Shown here: one piece after another, positions 1 through 8,282 of the stretch | How positions within the stretch are numbered: the stretch's first letter is position 1 | Layout: each line of letters starts with the position of its first letter | Origin: Promethearchaeia archaeon | Lineage (GTDB): Archaea; Asgardarchaeota; Lokiarchaeia; Sigyniarchaeales; SOKP01 | DNA length: 32,000 nucleotides | Assembly: GCA_046497275.1 (NCBI GenBank) | Contig: JAWOFX010000044.1 | Location: 4,774 to 36,773, forward strand | Reading direction: 5' to 3' | Program-made: the position numbers and the translations under genes | The notes under the pieces: generated by a model | Databases searched by the model: none | Seen by the model: the letters and a program-made list of their open reading frames with translations, nothing else | Told to the model about the DNA's origin: nothing

Positions 1-192
1 ACGTATTTAAAATAAAAATTATATAGTTTTAATATTAGAATTGGTACTTATATTTTAGATTTACCTTTGAATTTATATTAAATTTTTAGTTTTAAATTAT
101 TAAAGATTAAAATGTGTTTATAAATTCAAATACCCCTTACTTTAAATAACTTAGAAGTAAGTTTGAAAAAAATTTATCTTGTAAATCAAAAT

Positions 193-351
193 TCACATTG
201 AACATATAATCTTATTTTTCGATACCATCGGTGAGAAAACCAAAACTTTCGCTACATTAGTCCTAATTAAACAACTTTTCTCACTCTGACTCTCCACGAT
301 ACCGATGTATGTCTGAAACTCCCATTCATAAGAGCTCTTATAAAAAGCCAT
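193..351 (-). CDS. possible 52-aa small protein (MAFYKSSYEWEFQTYIGIVESQSEKSCLIRTNVAKVLVFSPMVSKNKIICSM); alternatively a structured RNA
   Basis: ATG at 351-349 to TGA at 195-193, in a stretch more GC-rich than its flanks and downstream of the ATPase on the same strand. No family recognised; the region also has nested inverted repeats. Confidence 0.3.
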   Translation of the reverse strand: MAFYKSSYEWEFQTYIGIVESQSEKSCLIRTNVAKVLVFSPMVSKNKIICSM

Positions 352-416
352 AAGATTGATTTAATATTAAAAAAGTTATAAAAATAAAAAAATAAAAAAA
401 AATAAACACAAAACCC

Positions 417-3266
417 TTAACTTGTAAATGTAGTCATCTTTCGCTTTATCCTGATCCTCCATTTTCGAATCTCATCTATAAGAAACACACTAAAAGCCCC
501 TAAGAGAAGAACAATCCAATATTCTAAGCGATAAAGGGGTACTACTTTAAAAGCTATTCCTAAGGGTGTATAGAGGATTAATAACTGTAGTCCTAAGGAG
601 AGTCCAGTTGCCCAGAAAAGATGTTTATTCGGAAATAACCAAAAGGGCTTGATATTTGAAGTACATGCGAATACAAACAATAATTCACATACTACTAAGT
701 TTGTAAATACTATTGTCTGTGCTAATGAGATCGCATATTCTCTTGCTGCCGTACCTGCAATCAAATAATTCATAGTTAAATTTGGATCAATTCCCGCTTG
801 AGCCCATGCTGGAATTAAAACTGACCATAACAAAAGATAAAGTGTTATATCGGTGATTGATGTATATATTCCAAGTAAAAGAACTGGGCCCTTAATTTCT
901 GTTATTAATGAAAAACCTTTTCGGGGCTCTTCTTTCATAACATCAGGGTCTGTAGGAGTCAAACCGAGCACCATTGCGGGAATACCGTCCGTTGCAATAT
1001 TCAACCATAATATTTGAACTGGTACGACGGGTAAAGCGATGAAGGTAAATGCGAAGAACTTCATTACGATATATGCCGTAAGAATTAAAAATATTTCATC
1101 GAAATTCGTACTTAACATATATCTGAAGAATCCTTTTGTCGTTTCAAATATTCCTCTTCCTTCTTCTATTGCATCTACTATTGTAGAATAATCATCATCA
1201 AGTAAAATCATATCAGACGCCTCTCGGGTCACTTCCGTTCCTTTTATTCCCATTGCTACACCAACATTTGCTCCCTTTACTGCTGGGGCATCGTTTACTC
1301 CATCACCCGTCATTGAGACTACTTTTCCTTCACCTTTTAATGCCTTAAGTATCCTTAATTTATGTTCAGAAGTCACACGAGCAAAAACATCTATATTTTC
1401 AATCCTTCGGAGTAGTTCATCATTAGACATTTCTTCTAATTCAGCACCAGTTATCGCTTCTTCATTATCTGTTAATCCAATCTCCTTTGCAATAGCTATA
1501 GCTGTAATTTTGTGATCTCCTGTAATCATAATAGTTCGAATACCAGCCATTCGTGCTTCTTTGATGGATTGTTTTACCTCATCTCTCGCGGGGTCAATTA
1601 TTCCTGCCAATCCGAGATATATAAAATCTTGTTCAACCTCTTCTTTGGAATATCCCTCTTCTAAAGGTTTATATGCTATTCCCAGTACTCGTAGAGCATC
1701 TTTGGCAAATTCTTCGTTTTTAGAAAGATATTTATCTTTAATCTTCTCTATTTGTTTAATTTCTCCGTTATAAAGCCCTTTTCCTGCTTTTTCTATAAGA
1801 ACATCCGGTGCTCCTTTGATTAAGGAAAATAATTCTCCATTCATTCTAACTACAACAGACATCATCTTTCTATCGGAATTAAAAGGGATTTCATCAACTT
1901 TTTCTACTTCAGAATCGATATCCATCTTTTTTGCTAGGACTTTCAAGGATATTTCTGTAGGATCTCCAATAACATCGGTCTTTTTGGAATTTTCGTTTTT
2001 AGGATTGACTGTAGAGTTATTACAATACAAGCATACTTCCAAATATCTTTTTAAATAATCATTTTCATCAATTAAGACTGGTTTTTCGGAATTATCCACA
2101 ATTTTCCCTTCCAGAGAATATCCAACGCCTTCTACATCATATACCTTCCCTCCGAGAAATACCTTTTTAACTGTCATTTCATTTTTCGTCAATGTTCCCG
2201 TTTTATCCGAACATATGATGTTAACTCTTCCTAACGTTTCAACAGCGGTTAAAGTTTTCACTAAAGCATTCCTCTCCGCCATTCTTCGCATCCCTATACT
2301 CATGACTACCGTAATTACAACTACAAGACCTTCTGGTACTGCCGATACCGCAAGACTAATTGCTATTTTAAAAGCTTCAATTATTGCATCAATTTCTTCT
2401 TGATTGAATTGAAGTCCCTCGTCTATTGTAATTAATATAAATTCTATAGCAAAAACGGCAAAACAAATAATTAGGATAATTATTCCTAACAATTTCCCAA
2501 AACTATCAACTTCCTTTTGAAAGGGACTTTTTTCATATTCTTCTTCTTGTATTTTTTCAGCTATTTTTCCTACTTCAGTTTTCATCCCAGTTCTTACTAC
2601 AATCGCAAGACCATTACCTCGTGTGATAACTGTGTTACTGTAGACCATATTTTTTCTATCTGCCAACATTGTTTTTTCGTCATATAATTTAAGATCTTTT
2701 TCAACTGGTTGGGATTCTCCTGTAAGAATTGCTTCATCAGCGTACAAGGAATAAGCTTTTATGAGTCTTCCATCTGCGGCAATTTTATCACCTTCATCTA
2801 ATTTAAGTATGTCCCCTGGGACGACTTCTTTTACTTCAATTTTTTTAACTTTTCCATTTCTAATAACTTTTGCATAATGAGGTGCCATTTCTTTTAGGCT
2901 TTCTAATGCTCTTTCTGCCTTATATTCTTGATAAAATCCTAATATAGCGTTTACGATAAGGATTACAAATATAACAATGGCATCCACAAATTCTGAAGGC
3001 TCTTCACCGGAGTAAATGGAATAAACCCCAATAATAATTGATATAACAATCGCAAAAAATAACAAATAGACCAAGAAATCTTTAAATTGACTAAGAAAAA
3101 TCTGCCAAGCTGAAATTCCTTTAGTTTTCTCAATTTCATTTGTACCGTATTTTTCAATTCGTTTTTTAGCTTCCTCTTCACTAAGACCATTCTTTGTCGA
3201 TGTATCTAATTCATCCGCTACTTTTTCAACTTTTAATGAATGTACGTTTAATTCTTCATTTTTCAT
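417..3266 (-). CDS. P-type ATPase, type IIA (SERCA/PMR1-like) Ca2+-transporting ATPase
   Basis: DKTGTLT phosphorylation motif, TGES, KGAPD, TGD, GDGVNDAPA. M4 PEGL, M5 STNFDE and M6 WLNIATDGIPA match the SERCA Ca2+ ligands N768/E771/N796/T799/D800. About 10 hydrophobic segments. Confidence 0.93.
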   Translation of the reverse strand: MKNEELNVHSLKVEKVADELDTSTKNGLSEEEAKKRIEKYGTNEIEKTKGISAWQIFLSQFKDFLVYLLFFAIVISIIIGVYSIYSGEEPSEFVDAIVIFVILIVNAILGFYQEYKAERALESLKEMAPHYAKVIRNGKVKKIEVKEVVPGDILKLDEGDKIAADGRLIKAYSLYADEAILTGESQPVEKDLKLYDEKTMLADRKNMVYSNTVITRGNGLAIVVRTGMKTEVGKIAEKIQEEEYEKSPFQKEVDSFGKLLGIIILIICFAVFAIEFILITIDEGLQFNQEEIDAIIEAFKIAISLAVSAVPEGLVVVITVVMSIGMRRMAERNALVKTLTAVETLGRVNIICSDKTGTLTKNEMTVKKVFLGGKVYDVEGVGYSLEGKIVDNSEKPVLIDENDYLKRYLEVCLYCNNSTVNPKNENSKKTDVIGDPTEISLKVLAKKMDIDSEVEKVDEIPFNSDRKMMSVVVRMNGELFSLIKGAPDVLIEKAGKGLYNGEIKQIEKIKDKYLSKNEEFAKDALRVLGIAYKPLEEGYSKEEVEQDFIYLGLAGIIDPARDEVKQSIKEARMAGIRTIMITGDHKITAIAIAKEIGLTDNEEAITGAELEEMSNDELLRRIENIDVFARVTSEHKLRILKALKGEGKVVSMTGDGVNDAPAVKGANVGVAMGIKGTEVTREASDMILLDDDYSTIVDAIEEGRGIFETTKGFFRYMLSTNFDEIFLILTAYIVMKFFAFTFIALPVVPVQILWLNIATDGIPAMVLGLTPTDPDVMKEEPRKGFSLITEIKGPVLLLGIYTSITDITLYLLLWSVLIPAWAQAGIDPNLTMNYLIAGTAAREYAISLAQTIVFTNLVVCELLFVFACTSNIKPFWLFPNKHLFWATGLSLGLQLLILYTPLGIAFKVVPLYRLEYWIVLLLGAFSVFLIDEIRKWRIRIKRKMTTFTS

Positions 3267-3554
3267 TTTTAGATCAAATTTTATGTAACATTTTTGTATT
3301 AGATATTAAAAATATATAAGTTAATACTTTAAATTTAATAAATCGATCTAATTCAAAATCTTCGTTTTTATGCTATTTATGAAGAAAGAGTTTATTCAAT
3401 AGATGTGAATTAATTGTTGATTTTGAAAATGCTTAACTCATTTTAGTTTAAGAATAGAACTTATTGAGTCATCCCAAAAAATTTTATGTTAAAAGTCTTA
3501 TTTAATATATAGAATAAAATAGAAACGACAATATAAACTCAAAAAAGGTGGTTT

Positions 3555-3935
3555 TTGTTTAGGGTTAAGATTACAAAAACAGCATTAAAATTCATTTATC
3601 GAGAACAAGAAAAAAAATATCCGGATAACAGCAATCGAAAACCGACAATTGCAGTATTTTATCATCAAAATTCAACGTGAACCACATTTTTCTGTGGTAA
3701 TATCGTCGAAGTGGTAGATAAAAATAAAATTCTGAACGATTCGCATCTTTTTATTCTCTGGGATGATGTGGAGGGAAATCCACCTATCGATATATTTATT
3801 GAAGATCAAGTAATGGATGAGATTGAACAAAAACCGGAATTACTAATTGATGCAGTTATAGGAGAAATAAAAGATAAAGAATATGGGATGCTGTTTATTA
3901 AAAAAGATTCAAATATATATATGGATAAAAAATGA
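3555..3935 (+). CDS. HesB-like selenoprotein 1, 126 aa, Sec at codon 42 (UGA 3678-3680), motif STUTTFFCG
   Basis: The frame of the ORF-track fragment 3711-3935 is open upstream to TTG 3555 except for one TGA. SD-like AAGGTGG at 3545-3551. N-terminus FRVKITKTALKFI resembles HesB-like starts. Paralog 2 has UGA at the same aligned position; a SECIS follows. Confidence 0.85.
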
Positions 3936-3968
3936 TCTGATCTTATAAAACCTCGAAGATTGGGGATT
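3931..3968 (+). promoter_or_regulatory. SECIS element 1 (eukaryote-like form: AUGA/GA core, 9-bp upper stem, A-rich loop)
   Basis: AUGA 3932-3935; arm UCUGAUCUU 3936-3944; loop AUAAAACCUCG 3945-3955; arm AAGAUUGGG 3956-3964; GA 3965-3966. All 9 stem positions pair (Watson-Crick or G-U). Confidence 0.85.
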
Positions 3969-3983
3969 GACGGTGCGTCCGTT
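3969..3983 (+). other. small hairpin GACGG-UGCGU-CCGUU immediately 3' of SECIS 1
   Basis: 5-bp stem; an equivalent hairpin with a UGCG-containing loop follows SECIS 2. Confidence 0.45.
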
Positions 3984-4151
3984 TATAGATTCCATATTAA
4001 TTATGTGCTATAAATTAAAAGACAAATATAGAATAGAATTAAAGTAACTTCTTCTATTAAAATTTTAAAATATAATCTGAATTTTTTATTCAGTTAATTA
4101 TTTAGATTATACTAAGAATATAATTAAGAAAAATAATAAGGTGTTCTTAGT

Positions 4152-4505
4152 ATTAAAATAACTCTTACAGAAGATGCTAAAGAAATAATTAAGGAACAGA
4201 GCAAAAAGATTCGTGAAAGAGAAAAAATACAAAACATAGTATTAGCGATTTATCAATACACGAGTGGATCTTGATCTGGATATTTTTGCATGGATCTTGT
4301 TCAAATGGCAGACAAACGAGACGTTGAAAAAAATAGGAACTTCAAATATATGACAAATAATAATGGAATTGAAATTTATATAGAAAAAGATACCCTAAGC
4401 ACTTTAAATTCAATTGAGGAACTAATAATCGATGGAAAAGGAATCGAAAGATATGGTCAAAAAACTGCTCGACTTACCTTAATTAAAAATTACTTAAAAA
4501 AATGA
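4152..4505 (+). CDS. HesB-like selenoprotein 2, ~117 aa, Sec at codon ~41 (UGA 4272-4274), motif GSUSGYFCM; start codon uncertain (ATT 4152)
   Basis: The frame of fragment 4290-4505 is open upstream from 4140 (in-frame TAA at 4137) except for one TGA. IKITLTEDAKEII is a typical HesB-like N-terminus. Aligns with selenoprotein 1 (LAIYQYTSGSUSGYFC vs IAVFYHQNSTUTTFFC; IEIYIEKD vs IDIFIEDQ; ELIID vs ELLID). SD-like AAGGTG at 4138-4143; a SECIS follows. Confidence 0.82.
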
Positions 4506-4538
4506 TCTAATCTTACAAATATTAGAAGATTAGTGATT
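4501..4538 (+). promoter_or_regulatory. SECIS element 2 (eukaryote-like form)
   Basis: AUGA 4502-4505; arm UCUAAUCUU 4506-4514; loop ACAAAUAUUAG 4515-4525; arm AAGAUUAGU 4526-4534; GA 4535-4536. Same geometry as SECIS 1, with pairing-preserving changes. Confidence 0.85.
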
Positions 4539-4541
4539 TTT

Positions 4542-4562
4542 CAGGTTGCGCCTGTTTTTTTT
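4542..4562 (+). terminator. hairpin CAGG-UUGCG-CCUG followed by an 8-T run; possible terminator or SECIS accessory hairpin
   Basis: 4-bp GC-rich stem 4542-4545/4551-4554 and T8 at 4555-4562, in front of the convergent aconitase gene. Confidence 0.4.
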
Positions 4563-4645
4563 AAATAAATGTGATTTATTCACATTCTTCTTTTATTTTT
4601 AATATAATATGAATATCGTAAAGAAGAAATGAAAAATAAACAATT

Positions 4646-6571
4646 TTATTTTTGTTTGTTTCTGATATATGGCAATTTTCCGCCAGCTCTTAAAATCTCA
4701 GTCATTCTATTACTTAAATTATGAATTACAGGTATTTCAGAATTTTGTGTGAGATTATGTACCATTAATTCTCTTTTCTCAAGAGATTCTAATTCAATTT
4801 CTATCTCATCGTCTTGATCAATAAGATCATAATCATTCAATCTCTGAAAAGTTAAAGGCACAATTCCGAAATTAACAAGATTATCTAAATGGATTCTTGC
4901 AAACGATTTGGCAATAATCGCTTTAATTCCCAAATATTTAGGAGCTATTGCAGCATGTTCTCGACTTGAACCTTGACCATAATTTTCTCCTCCTATAATA
5001 AATCCTCCATCACTTTCCAATGCTCTTTTTGAAAAGCTTGGGTCTATAGGATTGAAAACATATTGACTAATCTCGGGAATGTTACTTCTCAAAGGTAGAA
5101 TTTTTGCTCCCGCAGGCATTATATGATCCGTTGTAATATTATCTTCTACTTTAAGTAATACTTTTCCCTCCAATTTGGCAGCTAACGGAGGAAATTCCGG
5201 TAGAGATTTTATATTAGGCCCTCTGACAATTTGTACATCTTTGGCCTCCCTAGGAGGTAAAGGGGGGATGATCATATTATCATTCACAATGAATTTTTTA
5301 GACATTTGTATTTTAGGAAACTCACCAAATTTCCGAGGATCTGTTATTATTCCTTCGATTGCAGCCATTGCAGCAGTCTCAGGACTTACAAGATATACGC
5401 TAGCACTTTTCGTTCCAGATCTGCCAAGAAAATTTCTATTAAATGTCCTTAAAGACACAGCATCACTTTTAGGAGCTAATCCTTGACCAAGACATGGTCC
5501 ACAAGCATTTTCAAGGATCCTTGCTCCAGCTTCAATAAAATAGGCCATTTCTCCAGAACGAATCATATGGTTCACTACTTGACGAGATCCTGGAGAAATT
5601 GTAAGGACGGTATGTTGACTGATTGTTTTGTTTTTAAGCATATTAGCAGCAATTTTTAAGTCTCTTAGAGAAGAATTTGTACAACTGCCAATACAAACTT
5701 GATCAACATTCAATCCTTCAATTTCATGTATTGGTTTAACATTCCCAGGACTATGAGGTTCAGCTACTAGAGGTTCAAGTTCATCTAAATTAATTTCGAT
5801 AACATCATCATAGATAGCATCCTTATCCGGCTCTAATGAGGTCCACACTTCTTCTCTACTTTGTGCTTCTAAAAATACTCTTGTAATTTCATCCGATGGG
5901 AAAATTGAAGTTGTTGCTCCTGTTTCTGTTCCCATATTAGTGATTGTTGCTCTTTCTGGAACAGAAAGTGTACTAATACCCGGACCAGTATATTCTAATA
6001 TCTTATTTACCGCTCCTTTCACGCCTATTCTTCTTAAAACTTCTAAAATAATATCTTTTGCTGAAACAAATTCAGTCAATCTTCCAGTTAAACGTACATT
6101 AACAATTTCTGGCATTCTAAGATAGAAAGGCTCTCCTGCCATAGCAGCAGCAACATCTAACCCTCCTGATCCGATTGCAATCATTCCTATGCCTCCACAA
6201 GTGGATGTATGACTATCACTGCCTAATAAACTTTTTCCAGGAACAGAGAATCTTTCAAGATGGATTTGATGACATATTCCATTTCCTGGTCGAGAAAAGA
6301 ATAATCCATATTTAGCAGCAATATTCTGAAGATATCTATGATCATCTGCATTTCTAAAATCTGTTTGTAGGATATTATGATCCACATAACTTACGGATAA
6401 TTCCGTTTTTACTCGTGGTACGTCCATTTTTTCGAATTGAAGATATGTCAGCGTCCCTGTTGAATCTTGGGTAAGTGTTTGGTCCATTCTTATTCCAATC
6501 ATTTCACCCTTTTTGGATTCTCCATCGATGAGATGATCCTTTAAGAGCTTTTCCGCAAGTGTGTATCCCAT
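4646..6571 (-). CDS. acn: aconitate hydratase (short ~640-aa single-chain type)
   Basis: DHN, GSDSHT, GSCTN and CGPCLG 4Fe-4S ligands, plus a C-terminal swivel domain with TTDHI and NYGQGSSREHA. Confidence 0.88.
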   Translation of the reverse strand: MGYTLAEKLLKDHLIDGESKKGEMIGIRMDQTLTQDSTGTLTYLQFEKMDVPRVKTELSVSYVDHNILQTDFRNADDHRYLQNIAAKYGLFFSRPGNGICHQIHLERFSVPGKSLLGSDSHTSTCGGIGMIAIGSGGLDVAAAMAGEPFYLRMPEIVNVRLTGRLTEFVSAKDIILEVLRRIGVKGAVNKILEYTGPGISTLSVPERATITNMGTETGATTSIFPSDEITRVFLEAQSREEVWTSLEPDKDAIYDDVIEINLDELEPLVAEPHSPGNVKPIHEIEGLNVDQVCIGSCTNSSLRDLKIAANMLKNKTISQHTVLTISPGSRQVVNHMIRSGEMAYFIEAGARILENACGPCLGQGLAPKSDAVSLRTFNRNFLGRSGTKSASVYLVSPETAAMAAIEGIITDPRKFGEFPKIQMSKKFIVNDNMIIPPLPPREAKDVQIVRGPNIKSLPEFPPLAAKLEGKVLLKVEDNITTDHIMPAGAKILPLRSNIPEISQYVFNPIDPSFSKRALESDGGFIIGGENYGQGSSREHAAIAPKYLGIKAIIAKSFARIHLDNLVNFGIVPLTFQRLNDYDLIDQDDEIEIELESLEKRELMVHNLTQNSEIPVIHNLSNRMTEILRAGGKLPYIRNKQK

Positions 6572-6797
6572 ATTAATTCAAAACTTTCTATTTTATATTT
6601 TGATTAATTAGCTAAACTAATACTAAGGTTCTATTTATATAATTTTTAAGAATTTATACTCAATAAACTAACCTTTTTATTTTATTTAATTTAGAGGAAA
6701 ATAAAAAATTTATAAGCCTACAGTTTTTTATAAAAGTTAATTAAATTTATCTAATAAAACTGAAACTTTAAAAAAAACATTACAGTGATTAAGAAAT

Positions 6798-7328
6798 ATG
6801 AGAGCTGCTCGTGTGTTCAGATGGACAGTACGAATCTTTGTTCTCTTTTTGACAGGAACAATGACTGCAGTATCAGTACTGGGAGGTCTTTCAGCGGTTC
6901 AAATCTTATCAAATCCGGCGAATATACAGATAGCTGATGATCCAGTGTTATTTCAATTTAATTCTACCCAACCCGAAAAAACCAATGTATCAGTTCCTTT
7001 TTATTTAAATAACGATGGATATTATAGTCTCAATGGTCTAAATATTGCTATTAATATAACTTTAGTATATAATAGTACTAGTGAAGAGGCATTTATATTT
7101 AGGAAAAATCAAACCTTTCCTAACATACCAGCTGGTAGTGTCTTAGATTCTAACTTTGAAGCATTAAATGGAGATGGATTTATTCCAGGAAATTTTCCAG
7201 AATCATTTGACGATCCTAATATTGAATTATGGTTTAATATATCGGTTTCTGCCCGTTATTCATTGGATTTATTATCATTTTCAGTTAATATAAACAATTT
7301 AAATTTATGGAGTGACACTCTCTATTAA
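6798..7328 (+). CDS. hypothetical membrane-anchored protein (N-terminal TM, beta-rich Asn-rich external domain)
   Basis: 176-aa ORF with a hydrophobic N-terminal helix and many N-x-S/T sequons; first gene of a tightly spaced three-gene run. Confidence 0.7.
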   Translation: MRAARVFRWTVRIFVLFLTGTMTAVSVLGGLSAVQILSNPANIQIADDPVLFQFNSTQPEKTNVSVPFYLNNDGYYSLNGLNIAINITLVYNSTSEEAFIFRKNQTFPNIPAGSVLDSNFEALNGDGFIPGNFPESFDDPNIELWFNISVSARYSLDLLSFSVNINNLNLWSDTLY

Positions 7329-7334
7329 ATTAGG

Positions 7335-7829
7335 ATGATTAAAATGGGCGCAGCAAAAAATATGGTTAAAGGTTTTTTATTTATGATTGGATATGTTGGA
7401 TTTACCATCATCGTCCCTTTTATAACTTTTTCTTGGATACGAACTTTAGAAATATCCGGTATCGAACTTGGATTAACTCAACAAGGATATGAAAATATTA
7501 TCTTTTGGGTGGTAGCGTTCGGTTTATTGATAAGCGGATGTTCATTTTTCACGTATTCTGCACCAAAACAGTCAATTCGAAAGGGAGTGTTCGCTTTAAT
7601 TCAAATTATCCTAAATTGTATGTATCTCTGGAGCTATAAATTTTCAGGTGCGACTGCCGTTGAATTTGAAATTATTTTATATGATGGATTTGTGACGATT
7701 AATCTGGAACAAATGGTATTGATATATATGGGTATTTACTTTCTAACTATTGCCATAAAGATCTATGACCTTGTTGACTTTACAATTAATAGAGATAAAA
7801 TACGACAAAAAAGGTGGGGGAGAGAATAA
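7335..7829 (+). CDS. hypothetical integral membrane protein (~4 TM)
   Basis: 164 aa with four hydrophobic segments; starts 6 nt after the previous stop. Confidence 0.75.
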   Translation: MIKMGAAKNMVKGFLFMIGYVGFTIIVPFITFSWIRTLEISGIELGLTQQGYENIIFWVVAFGLLISGCSFFTYSAPKQSIRKGVFALIQIILNCMYLWSYKFSGATAVEFEIILYDGFVTINLEQMVLIYMGIYFLTIAIKIYDLVDFTINRDKIRQKRWGRE

Positions 7830-7831
7830 AA

Positions 7832-8245
7832 ATGCTATTTCAATCACTTGATTTCCTGCAAACCATCGCAAATATTTTTGGTACGATATTAACCTATTTA
7901 GGTCCAATTGTGAGTCCAATAGGAGAATTCATGGTATTTTGGATTAGTTATGCTTTAGAATGGTTTCCTGATGACGACTGGACTATCTATATAGTGATTT
8001 TTGTTATCCTTATTATAGCAGGTATTATTATCAATTGTTACTGGCCCGGAGATAAACCACCTAAGAAAGGGGAATTAAAAGAGAAAGAGCCAACTAAAGA
8101 AGAAAAAACTGATTTTAAAGAAGCTTCTTCTTTTGAGGACGAAGAACCTAAGTTTGAGACCGAAGATGACCTTCTGACTGAAGAGGATGAACTTAATTCT
8201 GATTTTGATGAAGATCTTTTACCCGAAGAAGAAAATAACAAATAA
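7832..8245 (+). CDS. hypothetical membrane protein with acidic C-terminal tail
   Basis: ORF track starts at GTG 7814; ATG 7832, 2 nt after the upstream stop, is more likely. One clear TM (IYIVIFVILIIAGIIINCYW) and a D/E-rich tail. Confidence 0.7.
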   Translation: MLFQSLDFLQTIANIFGTILTYLGPIVSPIGEFMVFWISYALEWFPDDDWTIYIVIFVILIIAGIIINCYWPGDKPPKKGELKEKEPTKEEKTDFKEASSFEDEEPKFETEDDLLTEEDELNSDFDEDLLPEEENNK

Positions 8246-8282
8246 GAATAAGAAAAAACTAAATTAAATTTTAATTTTCCTT

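Noticed and set aside
220-296. Glycine-riboswitch-like words GGAGAG and CACCGAUGG on the minus strand
   Set aside because: The required downstream CUCUCAGG segment is missing and the location is 3' of a gene.
3933-4013. Readthrough of the terminal UGA as a second Sec, giving 25-aa (gene 1) and 20-aa (gene 2, to 4568) extensions that begin US(D/N)L...RRL
   Set aside because: The similarity between the extensions is explained by SECIS conservation, and a UGA inside the SECIS core is poorly placed for recoding. Not strictly excluded without proteomics.
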